Shown piece after piece: positions 1 through 11,133 of a stretch of DNA of 33,378 bases (the first letter of the stretch is position 1; every line of letters starts with the position of its first letter). This DNA comes from Perkinsus chesapeaki ATCC PRA-425. Its lineage: Eukaryota > Protista > Perkinsozoa. The notes beneath the pieces were generated by a model. It ran no database searches. It was not told the origin of the DNA and saw only the letters and a list, made by a program, of their open reading frames with translations. The position numbers and the translations under genes were made by a program. The DNA is taken from NCBI GenBank assembly GCA_013115145.1, contig JAAPAO010000395.1, forward strand, positions 1 to 33,378, written 5' to 3'.

Positions 1-841
1 TATCGTTTGTCTCTGTTTGACTGTAGGTTAAATTCGCTTGAACGAATAGACCTCAACACTTATCTGTTTAGTTTTTTTGTATTGCGTTAGTGTGTAAGTG
101 AAAATTAGGAGGGAGTGAATAAGCTTACATTCTTCGAAGGAACTCCAGGTTCTGGTCAAGGGCCATAGAGGTAATTGCGGACTTCAACGTTTCCATAGTC
201 TTTGTAGATGTGGAGCCATAGAATCCTCCGACAGAATGGCACACAGCTCGCTGGGCAGCGATGTTAAGCCTGAAGAGCGGTGGATCAATCTGCGCATGCG
301 CGGTTAGTTAAACTGACGGCTTGAGCTTCCACGACTGCAAGAAGGCTTTCCAGGCTGCAATCCCATCCTCTTTGTGGCGCAAAGCTAAGCCCTTAGCAAG
401 CCATTCAGCTGAGGAGGACGGAGAGAACTCCGGACAATCTTCCTTCATGACCAATACCTACGGAAAATATACGCAACTTGGACCCGCTTTCTACAGGACA
501 CTATTACTTGGGCGCGAGCCACGAGATCTCTGAGTAACTGAGTGTCACTTCTGTGGCCATCAGCATTCTTATACATTCTAATCAAAGCACTATACTCGCG
601 GGAAGCGAAGAGAGATCGGCAGTGGGCCACCCGAGCTTTGCTGTCAGATGGCTGCAGTGCAACCTAGAACACCGGAACTCGTTAGAACTGATTAGGCCGG
701 GCGGCGGTGCCGTCAGCTTACAGCCAGTTCGGAGAAGAAGACAGCTGACTCCCAATCACATTCAGAGAAAGCGTCGTCGGCTACTTTCAAAAGAGCATCC
801 AAGGTGCTGAGGACACCGCGGCGACCATCTGTTGGGGCCAT
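1..841 (-). CDS. TPR protein, Cdc16/APC6-like N-terminus (multi-exon, 3' end runs off the window)
   Basis: Hand-spliced from ATG 841: MAPTDGRRGVLSTLDALLKVADDAFSECDWESAVFFSELA/VALQPSDSKARVAHCRSLFASREYSALIRMY.../..SAEWLAKGLALRHKEDGIAAWKAFLQSWKLKP/LNIAAQRAV...LEFLRRM, joined by GT-AG introns. The helical TPR pattern resembles the APC6/Cdc16 N-terminus (family recalled, not searched). Confidence 0.55.
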
Positions 842-1028
842 ACGAAAGCTTGATTATCGACTTTAGCGTTCCAATACGAGGAGTCCTCCTCGACAACTTT
901 GGCTCCGTAAAGACGACCGAGATGCACTGGCAATTGACAGAATACAAAGCACATTACCGCAGACAACAAATGATAAAAGTGAGAGGCAATTAATCACAAA
1001 AGCCAAGCTACAGCACAAGTGACTGTGT

Positions 1029-2971
1029 TCAAGAGAGGGCTTCATGGTGTTCTAAGTTAGCTAGGACAGGTATAATTTTGGTGTACACTCGGATGCCTTC
1101 TATCAGGGCCTTCTCCGTGATGAACCTAGATCGGAGGGAAGTGCTAGGACATATGAGTTTTTATCAGGTTACTCATTGTGGTCATGGAGGAGTATCGGAG
1201 TGTCTCTCATTGGTGAAAATCCGAAACACGGGAGCCCTTTTTCTCTGAAGTATCTGAACATAACCCACCGGTTCCTCTCGTGCTCTAATGGGACTTGGAC
1301 AACGAACCTGCTATCTGTTCCACTGGGAAATATTTCCAAATTGGTTTGAACACCAGCCGCATCTTGAATGGCCTTTCGCAGCGCTAGCAGCCAAGGATCG
1401 GACAGACTCAAAGCAGGAGGATGCTTCGAGAAGTTCTGAGGAGAATGAAGATGCAAAAGTGTAAAAGGCGGTCGCCTCCATGTTACATCGTACTGAACTT
1501 CAACATCGTCTTTGTATTCCCCGAGCCAATCATCGAATATTCCCTGCAATCGAGAAGTGTCTATATGAAGCGGCACCTAACTCACAGTGTAACCAACATA
1601 TCATCGGTCACGTCCGATTACTCTGACGTCAAGGCCGATGAGAGCCTCGGAAGGGATAACATTCAGAGCAAAGCCAGACTTGGTACTACAAAGAACAACG
1701 GCAGCGCGAATGATGATGCTCAAGAAACATGCGAGTCATACCTGCTACTCGGCACGCCTGTTTGCAAAGCGGTTACATTAACCGTTAAAACATCACCGAG
1801 CGTCTTTGCCGCGGCTGCTGGCCCGCAAGTAGCATCATCGAGTATCTTGCGCTGCTCGGCCCGCACCGCATAGATTTTTGACAGAATCTTTACCTGATGA
1901 TCGATAGGTTTAGGTAGCGGAGGAATCGCTCGGGACCAGCTTCTCAACGGCTGTATTCTCAATGAATCTGCTTCCATGCCCAGTGTTCCCCTTCACACGG
2001 AAGGTTACCCAGTTGGTAGAGCGTTCACCGTAGAAGAGCGTATAGCTGGGTTAAGAAGCATGGGTCATAGAGAGCAACCAGCAAGAGCTTACTTGCCAGC
2101 TGACGGGGTGGCGAGACCCTCATCGAGGACAACACCAACGTTGAATTCAGCGAACTCGGGACTCTCGACAAATTTTCCGGCACCTGTACAGTAGGCTGTT
2201 AGAAGATTAAAGTGCGAGTAAACAACTCACCATCGACCCCGCCGACCTCCTCATCGGGGACTAAGGATACGTGGATGGTTCGACGAAGCTGTCTGCCATC
2301 AGCAAATACGTGTCGAAGGCCTTCGATATACCTGAGGATTATGAGATAGCTTCGGAAGCGAGAAAATCTGGATGCTCGAGAGAAACTATATTTCTCCAAC
2401 TCGACCTACCCGCTGAGAACACACTTCATGTCCTGTGTACCTCTGCCATAGATCTTACCATCCTTGATAACCGCTTCAAACGGGTCGGTCTCCCAATGCT
2501 GTCGAAACACCGGCACGACCTGAACAAACGTTAGAGTTATAACAGAGAGAATCGCTCACATCATAGTGGCCGTTCAAAAGGATGCTCTTCAAGGTTGGCT
2601 CCGTCCCGGGAAAGGTTGCCAACACCACCGGCTTGCCCGGTACGTACCTACACAATGTCTTCGTATTGGCCTTCTTGCAAAAGTACTACTCGATAGATCT
2701 TATATTTGTAACCCTCGGGATCTCTGCCAGCCACTTTTGGAGGAGTGCAGCGCATTGAGCGTAGGACCCGTTTGATACACCTGAACAGTGGCAGAGACAG
2801 GACTGTGCGTCGGCAGACGGAATACGCCAGGTATGACCCACCTTCACCAGAGATGCTCGGTATCCTAACCAGCTCCCTGAACCTATCGATGCTCTCTCTG
2901 TCATCATCACTCAGGGGGCCCGACACCCAGTTGCTCGCTACAGTGACGTCTCCTTCCTCCGTAGTTGCCAT
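1029..2971 (-). CDS. ACY1: Aminoacylase-1 (M20 peptidase family), multi-exon
   Basis: Motifs appear in the expected order across exons: [58 protein letters not shown]-like segment, [28 protein letters not shown], then last exon [31 protein letters not shown] (stop 1029-1031). Confidence 0.92.
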
Positions 2972-3538
2972 CACTTCCTGAGGAACACGATAATGGGATC
3001 GTCGGGAGTCGGCATGCTCACTGCGGCCATCCTTCGCTTGGCCTCACAGCTGCAAGCTTGTTCGACAGCTTCCCTTTTACCGTTCTGAGTGGGAGCTGGA
3101 GGCATTGGTATAACGGAAATAAAGAACTTTCAAGGATGAGCCACAACACACTGAAATAAGGACGATCTCAGTAGTTCCCCTCCTCAAAACGAATGATCCG
3201 CTCCAAACAGACAGCCCAAAGGATGAGCCCGTCTATCACAAGGCCTCCTCAGAATCCATGAACGAGGGGGGCGGATGATGGTGAGATAACCTCCGATGCC
3301 CGGACACTTGAACTCAGCGGTCACCAATAAATCAACCAGGCGCGACGTGTACATCATCGCAGTGTCATCACGTGGATTGCTAGTACCGTCTCCGGAATCA
3401 CACTTGTGGACTCGGAAAAAAATCAGTGTCGGATTCTACTCGAGCCCACTTGAGTCACTAATAACGCAAGTCCAATATCGGATCGAGTCTCAATGACCAT
3501 TAGTCATCATGTAATCAATTACTATATCCCACCACCGA

Positions 3539-6500
3539 TCAAAGACTATTCAAGTCAACGGAGGCAAACAACTTCTCAAGATCTTCGCCTTCTGTCTGAT
3601 CAACGCCGGTGAGTGGGATAGAAGTACTGAACAATGCCGAGAGCGAGTCCTTCGTCAGAAGTTTGGTGGCTCTAGTTGCCGACAGACTGCTGCTCGGTAG
3701 TGTTCTTTCCACCAACCAATCGCTCTCAACTATCTCATCAGTATACTTTTTGGGATCATAAACTAGCTCCCGTCCTTCCTCTTTATGAGCGGGTGGCTCC
3801 CGTGGTGAGAGCTGCGCCCATCGTTCGGCTTCATTCTTATCATCAGTTATGGCTAATTGGGGATCCTCCACGATGACCGGGAGGACCGCAACGCTGCTGG
3901 GCTTGTCCTCAATCGCCAGCACTGCTGCTGCTTCATCATCAGATGGCTCGACCAGTATAGCATCAACAACCCCGCTAACGTCAGCCTCCGTGCCAGCCTG
4001 CTCTATCTCCGTTCGCTGTGACCCGGCCAAGTGGAGCTGTGGATTAGGGGGCCCCTCATCATTAACACAGTGCACCGTTGATGAACTCTCCGACATAGCA
4101 GCCCTCTCCACTATAGCACTCACTATGCTCTGAGCCACCTTGCCAGCCTTTTCACCCTCGCCTTTCGAAGATGCCACAACCGGTGGAGCTGAAGGAGCCG
4201 GCTGTGACCGGCGAGTGAAAGGCCGTCCGCCAATAGAAGACGGTACTGAGGGCACCATAGGAATCATCCGTGGAGATCAAACACCTCACCACGTCTGGCT
4301 TTGAATCGTCGCACCAACGACAACTGTGGGGCTTTCGGTCGAGGCTTCGGCTTGCTCAGTCTCTCCACCGAGCTCCTCTGAGCCACAGCCATCGAGGTTC
4401 TGAGACAAAGACAATGAGCAGATATAACACCAAGAGATTACCGTAGCTGTTGGAAGCTCTCGATGGCATCCGACTCTGTAATAGCTTTGGTGCTGCCGTG
4501 ATGATGCACTTGCCTCCTGCCAAGCGCCCTCCTCAGCAACCTCCGGTCACTTGCAGCATTGCGTCGGGCGAAGGAACACCTGACATGTGGAAACTCCTCC
4601 AAGATATGAGATTGACCGTGACGTCACCGTGAACATCCAGCATCGATACTGGCCTCACCGAGGGAACCGGTCGTCCCTGGTTGAGTACTCCCGCCGCCGC
4701 CGCCGCAGCCCGCACATGACTTGTACACCTTTGCTGCATTTACGGAGCGCCAGAACTGCCCAGGGGGAGGGTCTCGACAAGTAACACCGTAGAGAGCGGC
4801 GGATCGGCGGTTCCCATCGGTACCTTCCTTCCCAGTCGTGCCCGGTATCCGACCCCACCTTCGCCGTTTAAGGCCTTCATTGATGGTACGTGATACCTCC
4901 AATACATGCAGCAACAGACCAAGCATCGTTCGATCATCGAAGGTCTCCTCGATACCACACTTACCCTATAAACCATCGGCTTGCCGACAGCGAGACGCGG
5001 ATAGTCCTACCTCAGACATTTCACCAACTGTACCTATTATTGTCGCCAAGCGGAGACCTGTTTCGTGACAGGAGTGACAGCGAGGATGCGAATGCGTATT
5101 ACAGAACATACCTGAGAGTCGAGTGTCTATGGAACTAGTCGAAGACAGCAGCGTACCTCCGCATTTGCAAGGGGTTGCTGAGGTGGGTAAAGGTTTCAGG
5201 CATCCTGGATGCATACAAGCAAAATGCTCCATAATCTGCCGGACGTTGAACGCCTTGTCTAGGTACGTCTTGGCCGCCAGCAGATAACCTTGTTGACACA
5301 ATGCCTACAGACCACCAAGTACAGCAGCTTGTTGAGCCCTGTTTAGGGTACCTTGGCGCGCTTAACCCTTCCCCATCGTCTGATAAGACTGTAACAGCCA
5401 GGTTGGCCGTTTTCAGATTTACTGCCCAACGAGGTAACGAAGTCGTCTATTGTCCTTGAGCGACGCCCCTGCCCAGCAGCGTGTTCCCCTGGTGCATGGC
5501 CGCCAGCAGCTGGGATGAATCTGAGCAATCCGACTCTCTGAAATGGTAAGGCTTCCTAACCCTACCGACAGTTATCGATCTCTCCGTTGAGCATGAATGT
5601 CGAGCGTCGCATCCGCTTAGCAATCCTGCTACCTACCAATATCGAATAGGCGAACCCATCTGTGGTGGAAGCCGCCGCCGGCACCTCCTGAAAGTCGGGC
5701 GACCATCTCATCGTACTGACTGGCCTTATTGACTTCGATGCTCAGGTGAACCTTTTGGTTGAAGCATGCACCGACGGATCGGCCCAGGGGAGCCCAGAAG
5801 CCGAGGCCGTGACGGCTAAGTGCCCAACGTCTGTGAGACTGAATCTAAACGTACCACTACAAAAACGCATCTCCCAATACGGATGTCCTCACGCGCTTCA
5901 TTAGGGTCTCCGAGCAATACCGAGCAAACTGCGGCGGAGCGATCTTCCAGAGCTTCGATACTTCCACTTGCTCACCCCGCCATGAGCATCGCTTCGGCAT
6001 CTTGATCGAAAGTCTTCTCTCGAAAGCAACAAACCTCGCAATGCCTTTCGCATCGCTCCGCCCAATAATTTTTTCCTTTGCCAACACGTCAAAGGTAAGG
6101 CCTTGAATGCGCACTTCAACCAAAGGCATATGCCTCTTCATCTCGATGTTGAGCGTGCCATCCTCTCCAACACTGATAGCTGCATTTATCACTCTTATCG
6201 CAGTTGATCGATCGATATCGTGGCACCCGAATAGATCACAAATTCTGTCCTCACCAACGGCTTGACAAAGGTCGGCGAAGAGGTGCTCGAGAAAACCGCT
6301 ACTGGTGACACCAAAAAGGTCAGAGGTTCGAGACACTGAGTGGTTCACAATAGTAAAGACCTTCCTCTTCAGTGCCGAATGTCGTTGCATGGCCTCGTGA
6401 AGCTCGGACATCCTCATTGCATCGGCCCGGTCTCCCTGGCCCAGGGGAAGGCGACCGCTAGGTGAGTCGATGGTGGATATAATCCTAAACAGCAAGCATC

Positions 6501-8114
6501 TCCTTCTAGAAGCGAACCTGTCCACCTCAGTTTGCGAGCTTCCTTCAGAAGGACCACGAAGGCATCATAGGAGTGATGCGGCCCGAGCGTTTCCTTGTAC
6601 TCGGCCAAAGCAGCCATCACCGCGGCATCATTTGGACCATGCCTTCTCAAGAGCTGGAATAACCGCATCGATGCAAGTTGAGATTCGGTGCTCATTGTAT
6701 GCCTCTTTGGTCGCGCTAGCTCGGATAGGGGCGTCGGGAGGATGTGCAGATATCTCGACTTCGACCTGCAGTGTGATTTCCACTAGTAATACGGATTTGA
6801 GGTTAACCGACCTTTCGAGAATATCTTTCCCCGATTGCTCAGCAAATCCCGCTGCTTCTTTCTGTTTCTTGATCTCTCGCTCAGCGATCTTCGTAATAAC
6901 ATCTAAAGCTTGCGAGCGGCTAAGTCCTCTGAGCCGGTAGGATGATTTTTGGTAAGGTGTTAAGGACGCCCAGAATCGGAACAGGGACGAAACATCAAGG
7001 CTTCGGTATCCGTTCTGTTTTTCGAAGGCACCCAGAATAGGAAATGTTTCATCGCGACCATCAATGAAGTTATGAAGGTACTCGAGCAACTGAGGCTCTC
7101 CAACCCTAATAACAGCAACGATTTGTTATTAAGGTCTTAGGCGATGGTTTCACCCCTTGAGCCCCCATTTGGCCTTGTCCTTGATGGATTTGAAGTATGC
7201 AGTGACATCACTAGCAACTAGCTTAGATTCTCCTTCGAAGAAGCTCGGCCGGTAGTCAGGATCCTTTGGTAAGATGCCATCGTCGCCCAGCCTTTTCCAG
7301 TCGGCGTCGCAGGCGATGAAGAGATCGATAACTCGTGTATATTGCAGCGGCGGCAGCAGCAGCAGCTTCGAAGGTGCTACGGGGCGATGGTATACAAGTA
7401 CTATTGACCATCACTCACCATCGTTCTTGCGGTCTTCTGAATGCACTCCTCCAAAAGGTGAAGATAGACTCCCCAGAGTGGAGACAGGTTTAAGGAGAGG
7501 TTCAATGGGCGAAGGCTCAGCACGACCGCTACTAGCTATGGTCGACATTGACAGGCTTCGAGACGAAACCTTTACAACCTTCCCTGGTAAAAGGGGCCGA
7601 GAAGAGAGCCAGTCCACCTTGGAGTACATAATACGATAACGATTAAGCAAATAGTCACGTCTACCTCTCTCCGAATGGCGAAGAACTTGTACACAAGTTT
7701 AACGAGGTCCCTACGCCCAATCCGGTAGACCATGTCATACTCGGAATCGGACACAGCGGTCATCTCAGTAGTAGGCCCCCCGGAACTAGCTGCAGCATTG
7801 AGGCAGATCGATGCACAAGGAAGGCTCTTCCTCTGGTAATGATCAATCCAATATCTGATTGTCACTCTTGTGGCTCTTATATGACACTCCTACTGGATAT
7901 AGACTTCCTCATCTTCCGGTGGTGGCTCGCATGCCGTTTGCTTTGCAAAGCTCTTAATTAGCGAGATCACAACACCTGCCTCTATCGTGGACATATTCTT
8001 CTCGCTGAGAACTCTGTGAAAAGGCCCATCAGCTTCGGAAAGCATCTCGAATAAGCTCTGGAATGGTACTGCTGAAGCCTTCATGGATGGAGACGTTCCA
8101 GTCATGAGGAGCAT
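3539..8114 (-). CDS. Large multi-exon hypothetical gene (may be 2 genes): possible PAP/TUTase-like region, AN1 zinc finger, acidic low-complexity C-terminus
   Basis: ORF blocks 7890-8114, 7572-7865, 6628-7089, 5857-6525, 4966-5301 and 3539-4267 can be joined in phase by about 35-85 nt introns (e.g. 6654-6702 GC-AG, 5112-5156 GT-AG). Not every junction is certain. Confidence 0.55.
5068..5217 (-). other. AN1-type zinc finger (split by a 45-nt intron, 5112-5156)
   Basis: Spliced CMHPGC-LKPLPTSATP-CKC-GGMF-C-NT-H-SHPRC-H-S-C matches C-x4-C-x10-C-x-C-x4-C-x2-H-x5-H-x-C exactly. Confidence 0.8.
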
Positions 8115-8121
8115 AAAGCTA

Positions 8122-8909
8122 CAGTACGCGACATCTAGAGATGCGCGGACTGGACGGGCAGAAATATCGAGAAGTATGGCGAGTTTCGAGCTATTTCCTT
8201 TTCTATTGAATTCTCCATACTCGATTACCCATAAATCGAGCTTGCCCCGCTATAACTCAACAAAAAAACTTTTAGCCATTTTCGTGCTGAGTGGCGCGAC
8301 CTTTCAGCCCGTTCACGACGGTTCTGGGCAGTTCTGGGCTGTCTCGCTGAGAGGCCGACATTTTGGCGGTGCACAGAGCTTGTGCCACGCAGTGAGGCAT
8401 AGTGGCTCCTAGTTATTCTTACTAAAAATCTCTTAGCACACACCGTTGTTCACCAGGACACGGGTCTACTTGGCATATGATGAAGAGGATAAACAGGTGG
8501 GGGCTAGACTCTAGTCACTCGTGTCAGGGCGGTAGGTTGCCCAACCGAAGTATGCGAAGTACGCGTCACGGGATTCGCGTGTCTACCCCAAAGATTCCGT
8601 ATGCTCTCGTGTTACTCAGGACAGGTTCGGTATCTGTATGCCTGTCTTTTCCTCAAAATTTTTTCAATTGTATGAAGTTCGGATTGGTTGCACTTCATGT
8701 CCGAAATGTCCGCAAGTGGAAACTTCGCAAAGTCCCACTTTCGACAACCCTAGATATTGCCATAACGAGCGCCATTAGTAGTCGCACGCATATGCATAGC
8801 GCAGCCGAGTAGTCGAGAAGTCCCTCATTCCTATTAAGTATCAGTCTATGAGGGAATCTTACTTAACAAGCAGTTGTAACTTGACCTATGACATCATTCG
8901 CGTTTCTGC
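8122..8909 (+). repeat. Left inverted arm (788 bp)
   Basis: Reverse complement of 9561-10507 apart from substitutions and indels. Homology continues past a 7-nt divergent patch (8884-8890) into cargo codons 2-7 (8891-8909). Confidence 0.95.
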
Positions 8910-9310
8910 TTCTCGTCTACCTATTGTTCTTTCAAGGATCACAAGCTTCTGTTGGCCCTACAGGGAAGTACTTTAAGAAGATCGGTGATAACGTTTGTGT
9001 CCAAGTGGATTGGCTTAATGGTGAGGAGAACGCTGCCAGAAGAATAAACTTACTAGTGATGTGTGGTCAAGAACAGGAAAATGCCGTAGTGGATGTTGTA
9101 CAGAAGGGCCCTTCGAACTATACGATTTCTGGAGCATCATACAATGAATACAATGACTTCATTCTGTACGTGATCGGATACATGTGCAGAACCACCTTCG
9201 AAGTAGTCGACGGAGATTTGATGTACTACAGTTACAACGCTCAAAAAAACTCAGTGAGGACGGATTTCGGCCTAGACCCATATGTAGAATTGTTCCCCGG
9301 TTCTTGCTAA
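8888..9310 (+). CDS. Small secreted protein, 140 aa, intronless, 4 Cys (element cargo)
   Basis: Signal-peptide-like MTSFAFLLLVYLLFFQGSQA/SVGPTGKY; Cys37, Cys59, Cys100 and terminal Cys140; sequon N77-Y-T. It is the only credible plus-strand gene inside a minus-strand gene block. Confidence 0.8.
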   Translation: MTSFAFLLLVYLLFFQGSQASVGPTGKYFKKIGDNVCVQVDWLNGEENAARRINLLVMCGQEQENAVVDVVQKGPSNYTISGASYNEYNDFILYVIGYMCRTTFEVVDGDLMYYSYNAQKNSVRTDFGLDPYVELFPGSC

Positions 9311-9560
9311 TGAAAAAGACACTTTTCGGCAAGTATCCTCCAGTTTGAAGTTGACTAGGCGATGAATACATATAGATTCATCTAAATCATATTGAAGCGC
9401 GATCATTCTGCGTTATAGTATTGTTGTACTGATTCAACCACTCAAATACCTATGTTATACAGGAAGAATCTTTTTTCCAATGCTTTTGGGTTAAGTCGCT
9501 TTAATATAAAGTTAGTTAATGTAAATGGCTGGTGGAAAGGAACTCGAAATCAGATCTGCT

Positions 9561-10507
9561 GCAGAAACGCGAATGATGTTCTACGCCAAGTTACAACTGC
9601 TTGGTAAGTGGACCTCTACTCTTTGCAAGGACTCCCTCATAGACTGACACTTGAAAGAAATGAGGGACTTCTCGACTACTCGGCTGCGTGCGACTACTAA
9701 TGGCGCTCGCCTCATGGCAATACTCCAGGGTTGTCGAAAGTGGGAATTTGTGAAGTTTCCACTGGCGGAATTTCGGACATGAAATGCAACCAATCGGAAC
9801 TTCACACAATTGAGAAAATTTTGAGGAAAAGACAGGCATACAGATACCGAACCTGTCCTGAGTAACACGAGAGCATACGGAATCTTTGGGGTAGACACGC
9901 GAATCCCGTGACGCGTACTTCGCATACTTCGGTTGGGCAACCTACCGCCCTGACACGAGTGACTAGAGTCTAGCCCCCACCTGTTTATCCTCTTCATCAT
10001 ATGCCAAGTAGACCCGTGTCCTGGTGAACAACGGTGTGTGCTAAGAGATTTTTAGTAAGAATAACTAGGAGCCACTATGCCTCACTGTGTGGCACAAGCT
10101 CTGTGCGCCGCCAAAATGTCGGCCTCTCAGCGAGACTTTTGGCCCTTATTCGTTCCCCGCTGGAAAAAAAAGCGTTCATATATGCTATAAAGGTCATTCA
10201 AAATGGCCCATTTTTTACGAGTAGTAGAAAAGTAATCTGCGTAGTATAATAAGCCGTAAGCAAAGAGATCCAGCTTCGGAAGCTGACCGGAACAAAACAG
10301 CCCAGAACCGTCGTGAACGGGCTGAAAGGCCGCGGCACTCAGCACGAAAATGGCTAAAAGTTTTTTTGTTGAGTTAGAGCGGGGCAAGCTCGATTTATGG
10401 GCAATCGAGTATGGAGAGTTCAATAGAAAAGGAAATAGCTCGAAACTCGCCATACTTCTCGATATTTCTGCCGGTCCAGTCCGCGCATCTCTACATGTCG
10501 CGTACTG
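9561..10507 (-). repeat. Right inverted arm (947 bp)
   Basis: Mirror of the left arm; carries an extra 162-bp segment (10137-10298) that is absent on the left. Confidence 0.95.
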
Positions 10508-11133
10508 TACTTGACACAATTAGGACCCGAATTTCACCAACTGCAAAACAATACGGCGTGTTATTAGGCGTGCTATTCCAACACCACTATCATCATCATC
10601 ATCAAGTGCTTAGTAGCTTCACCTACGCCCTCTGCCCCCCCAACTCTCTTTTTAATCGTACTATTGAATGGAATCTTTCACTAAATGGGTTCAATGACGA
10701 AGATTGTGTTACTGAAGGTCACGGTTGTAATAAAGCCGATGAAGGCATTCAAGTGGTCATACCGTCTACCATCAGTGAGCTTGCCTCACAAACGTAGACA
10801 CCGTTACCAATTCAACTACTTCGGCAAACCATAAGTCTGGCATGAGCACCTTGGCTAATTGGAAACTAGGCTGATAAACGCTGATTGAACGATGATGATC
10901 AAACCTGCTTGTAACAACTGAGAATACAGTGAATTAGGAGAGACTAATAAAACAGTATTGAGGTGGACATCAACAGGATTTCAGATATTCATGGGGCAAC
11001 GAAGAATAATGGTTGATAACCTACTTGTGTGGTGAACCGGCTGTACGCGAGTGCGATAATTTTAACAGGTGTCGACCAATTCACCTGAAGCCTGTGTTAT
11101 GTGCAGAGTACATGTCATTTGGCTCACTGAAGG

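Larger units (their letters stand above)
8122..10507. mobile_element. Non-autonomous foldback / long-TIR DNA transposon (Tc1/mariner-type ends) carrying a cargo gene
   Basis: Begins CAGTACGCG (8122) and ends CGCGTACTG (10507), flanked by TA at 8120-8121 and 10508-10509. Long inverted arms; no transposase ORF inside. Confidence 0.88.

Noticed and set aside
3000-3500. Small gene between ACY1 and the large upstream gene
   Set aside because: Exon-like pieces exist on the minus strand, but I could not build a consistent spliced frame.
5342-5348. TTTAGGG telomere-like unit
   Set aside because: A single copy inside a predicted intron; expected by chance.
8122-10507. Two independent complete MITEs in opposite orientation
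   Set aside because: Neither arm has a matching ...GTACTG terminus or TA duplication at its inner end.
8083-10519. Paired ORFs 8083-8412/10127-10519, 8225-8443/10034-10249 and 8477-8812/9581-10000 as genes or a transposase
   Set aside because: They are mirror images produced by the inverted arms, differ by frame-breaking indels, and have no DDE or HTH motifs.
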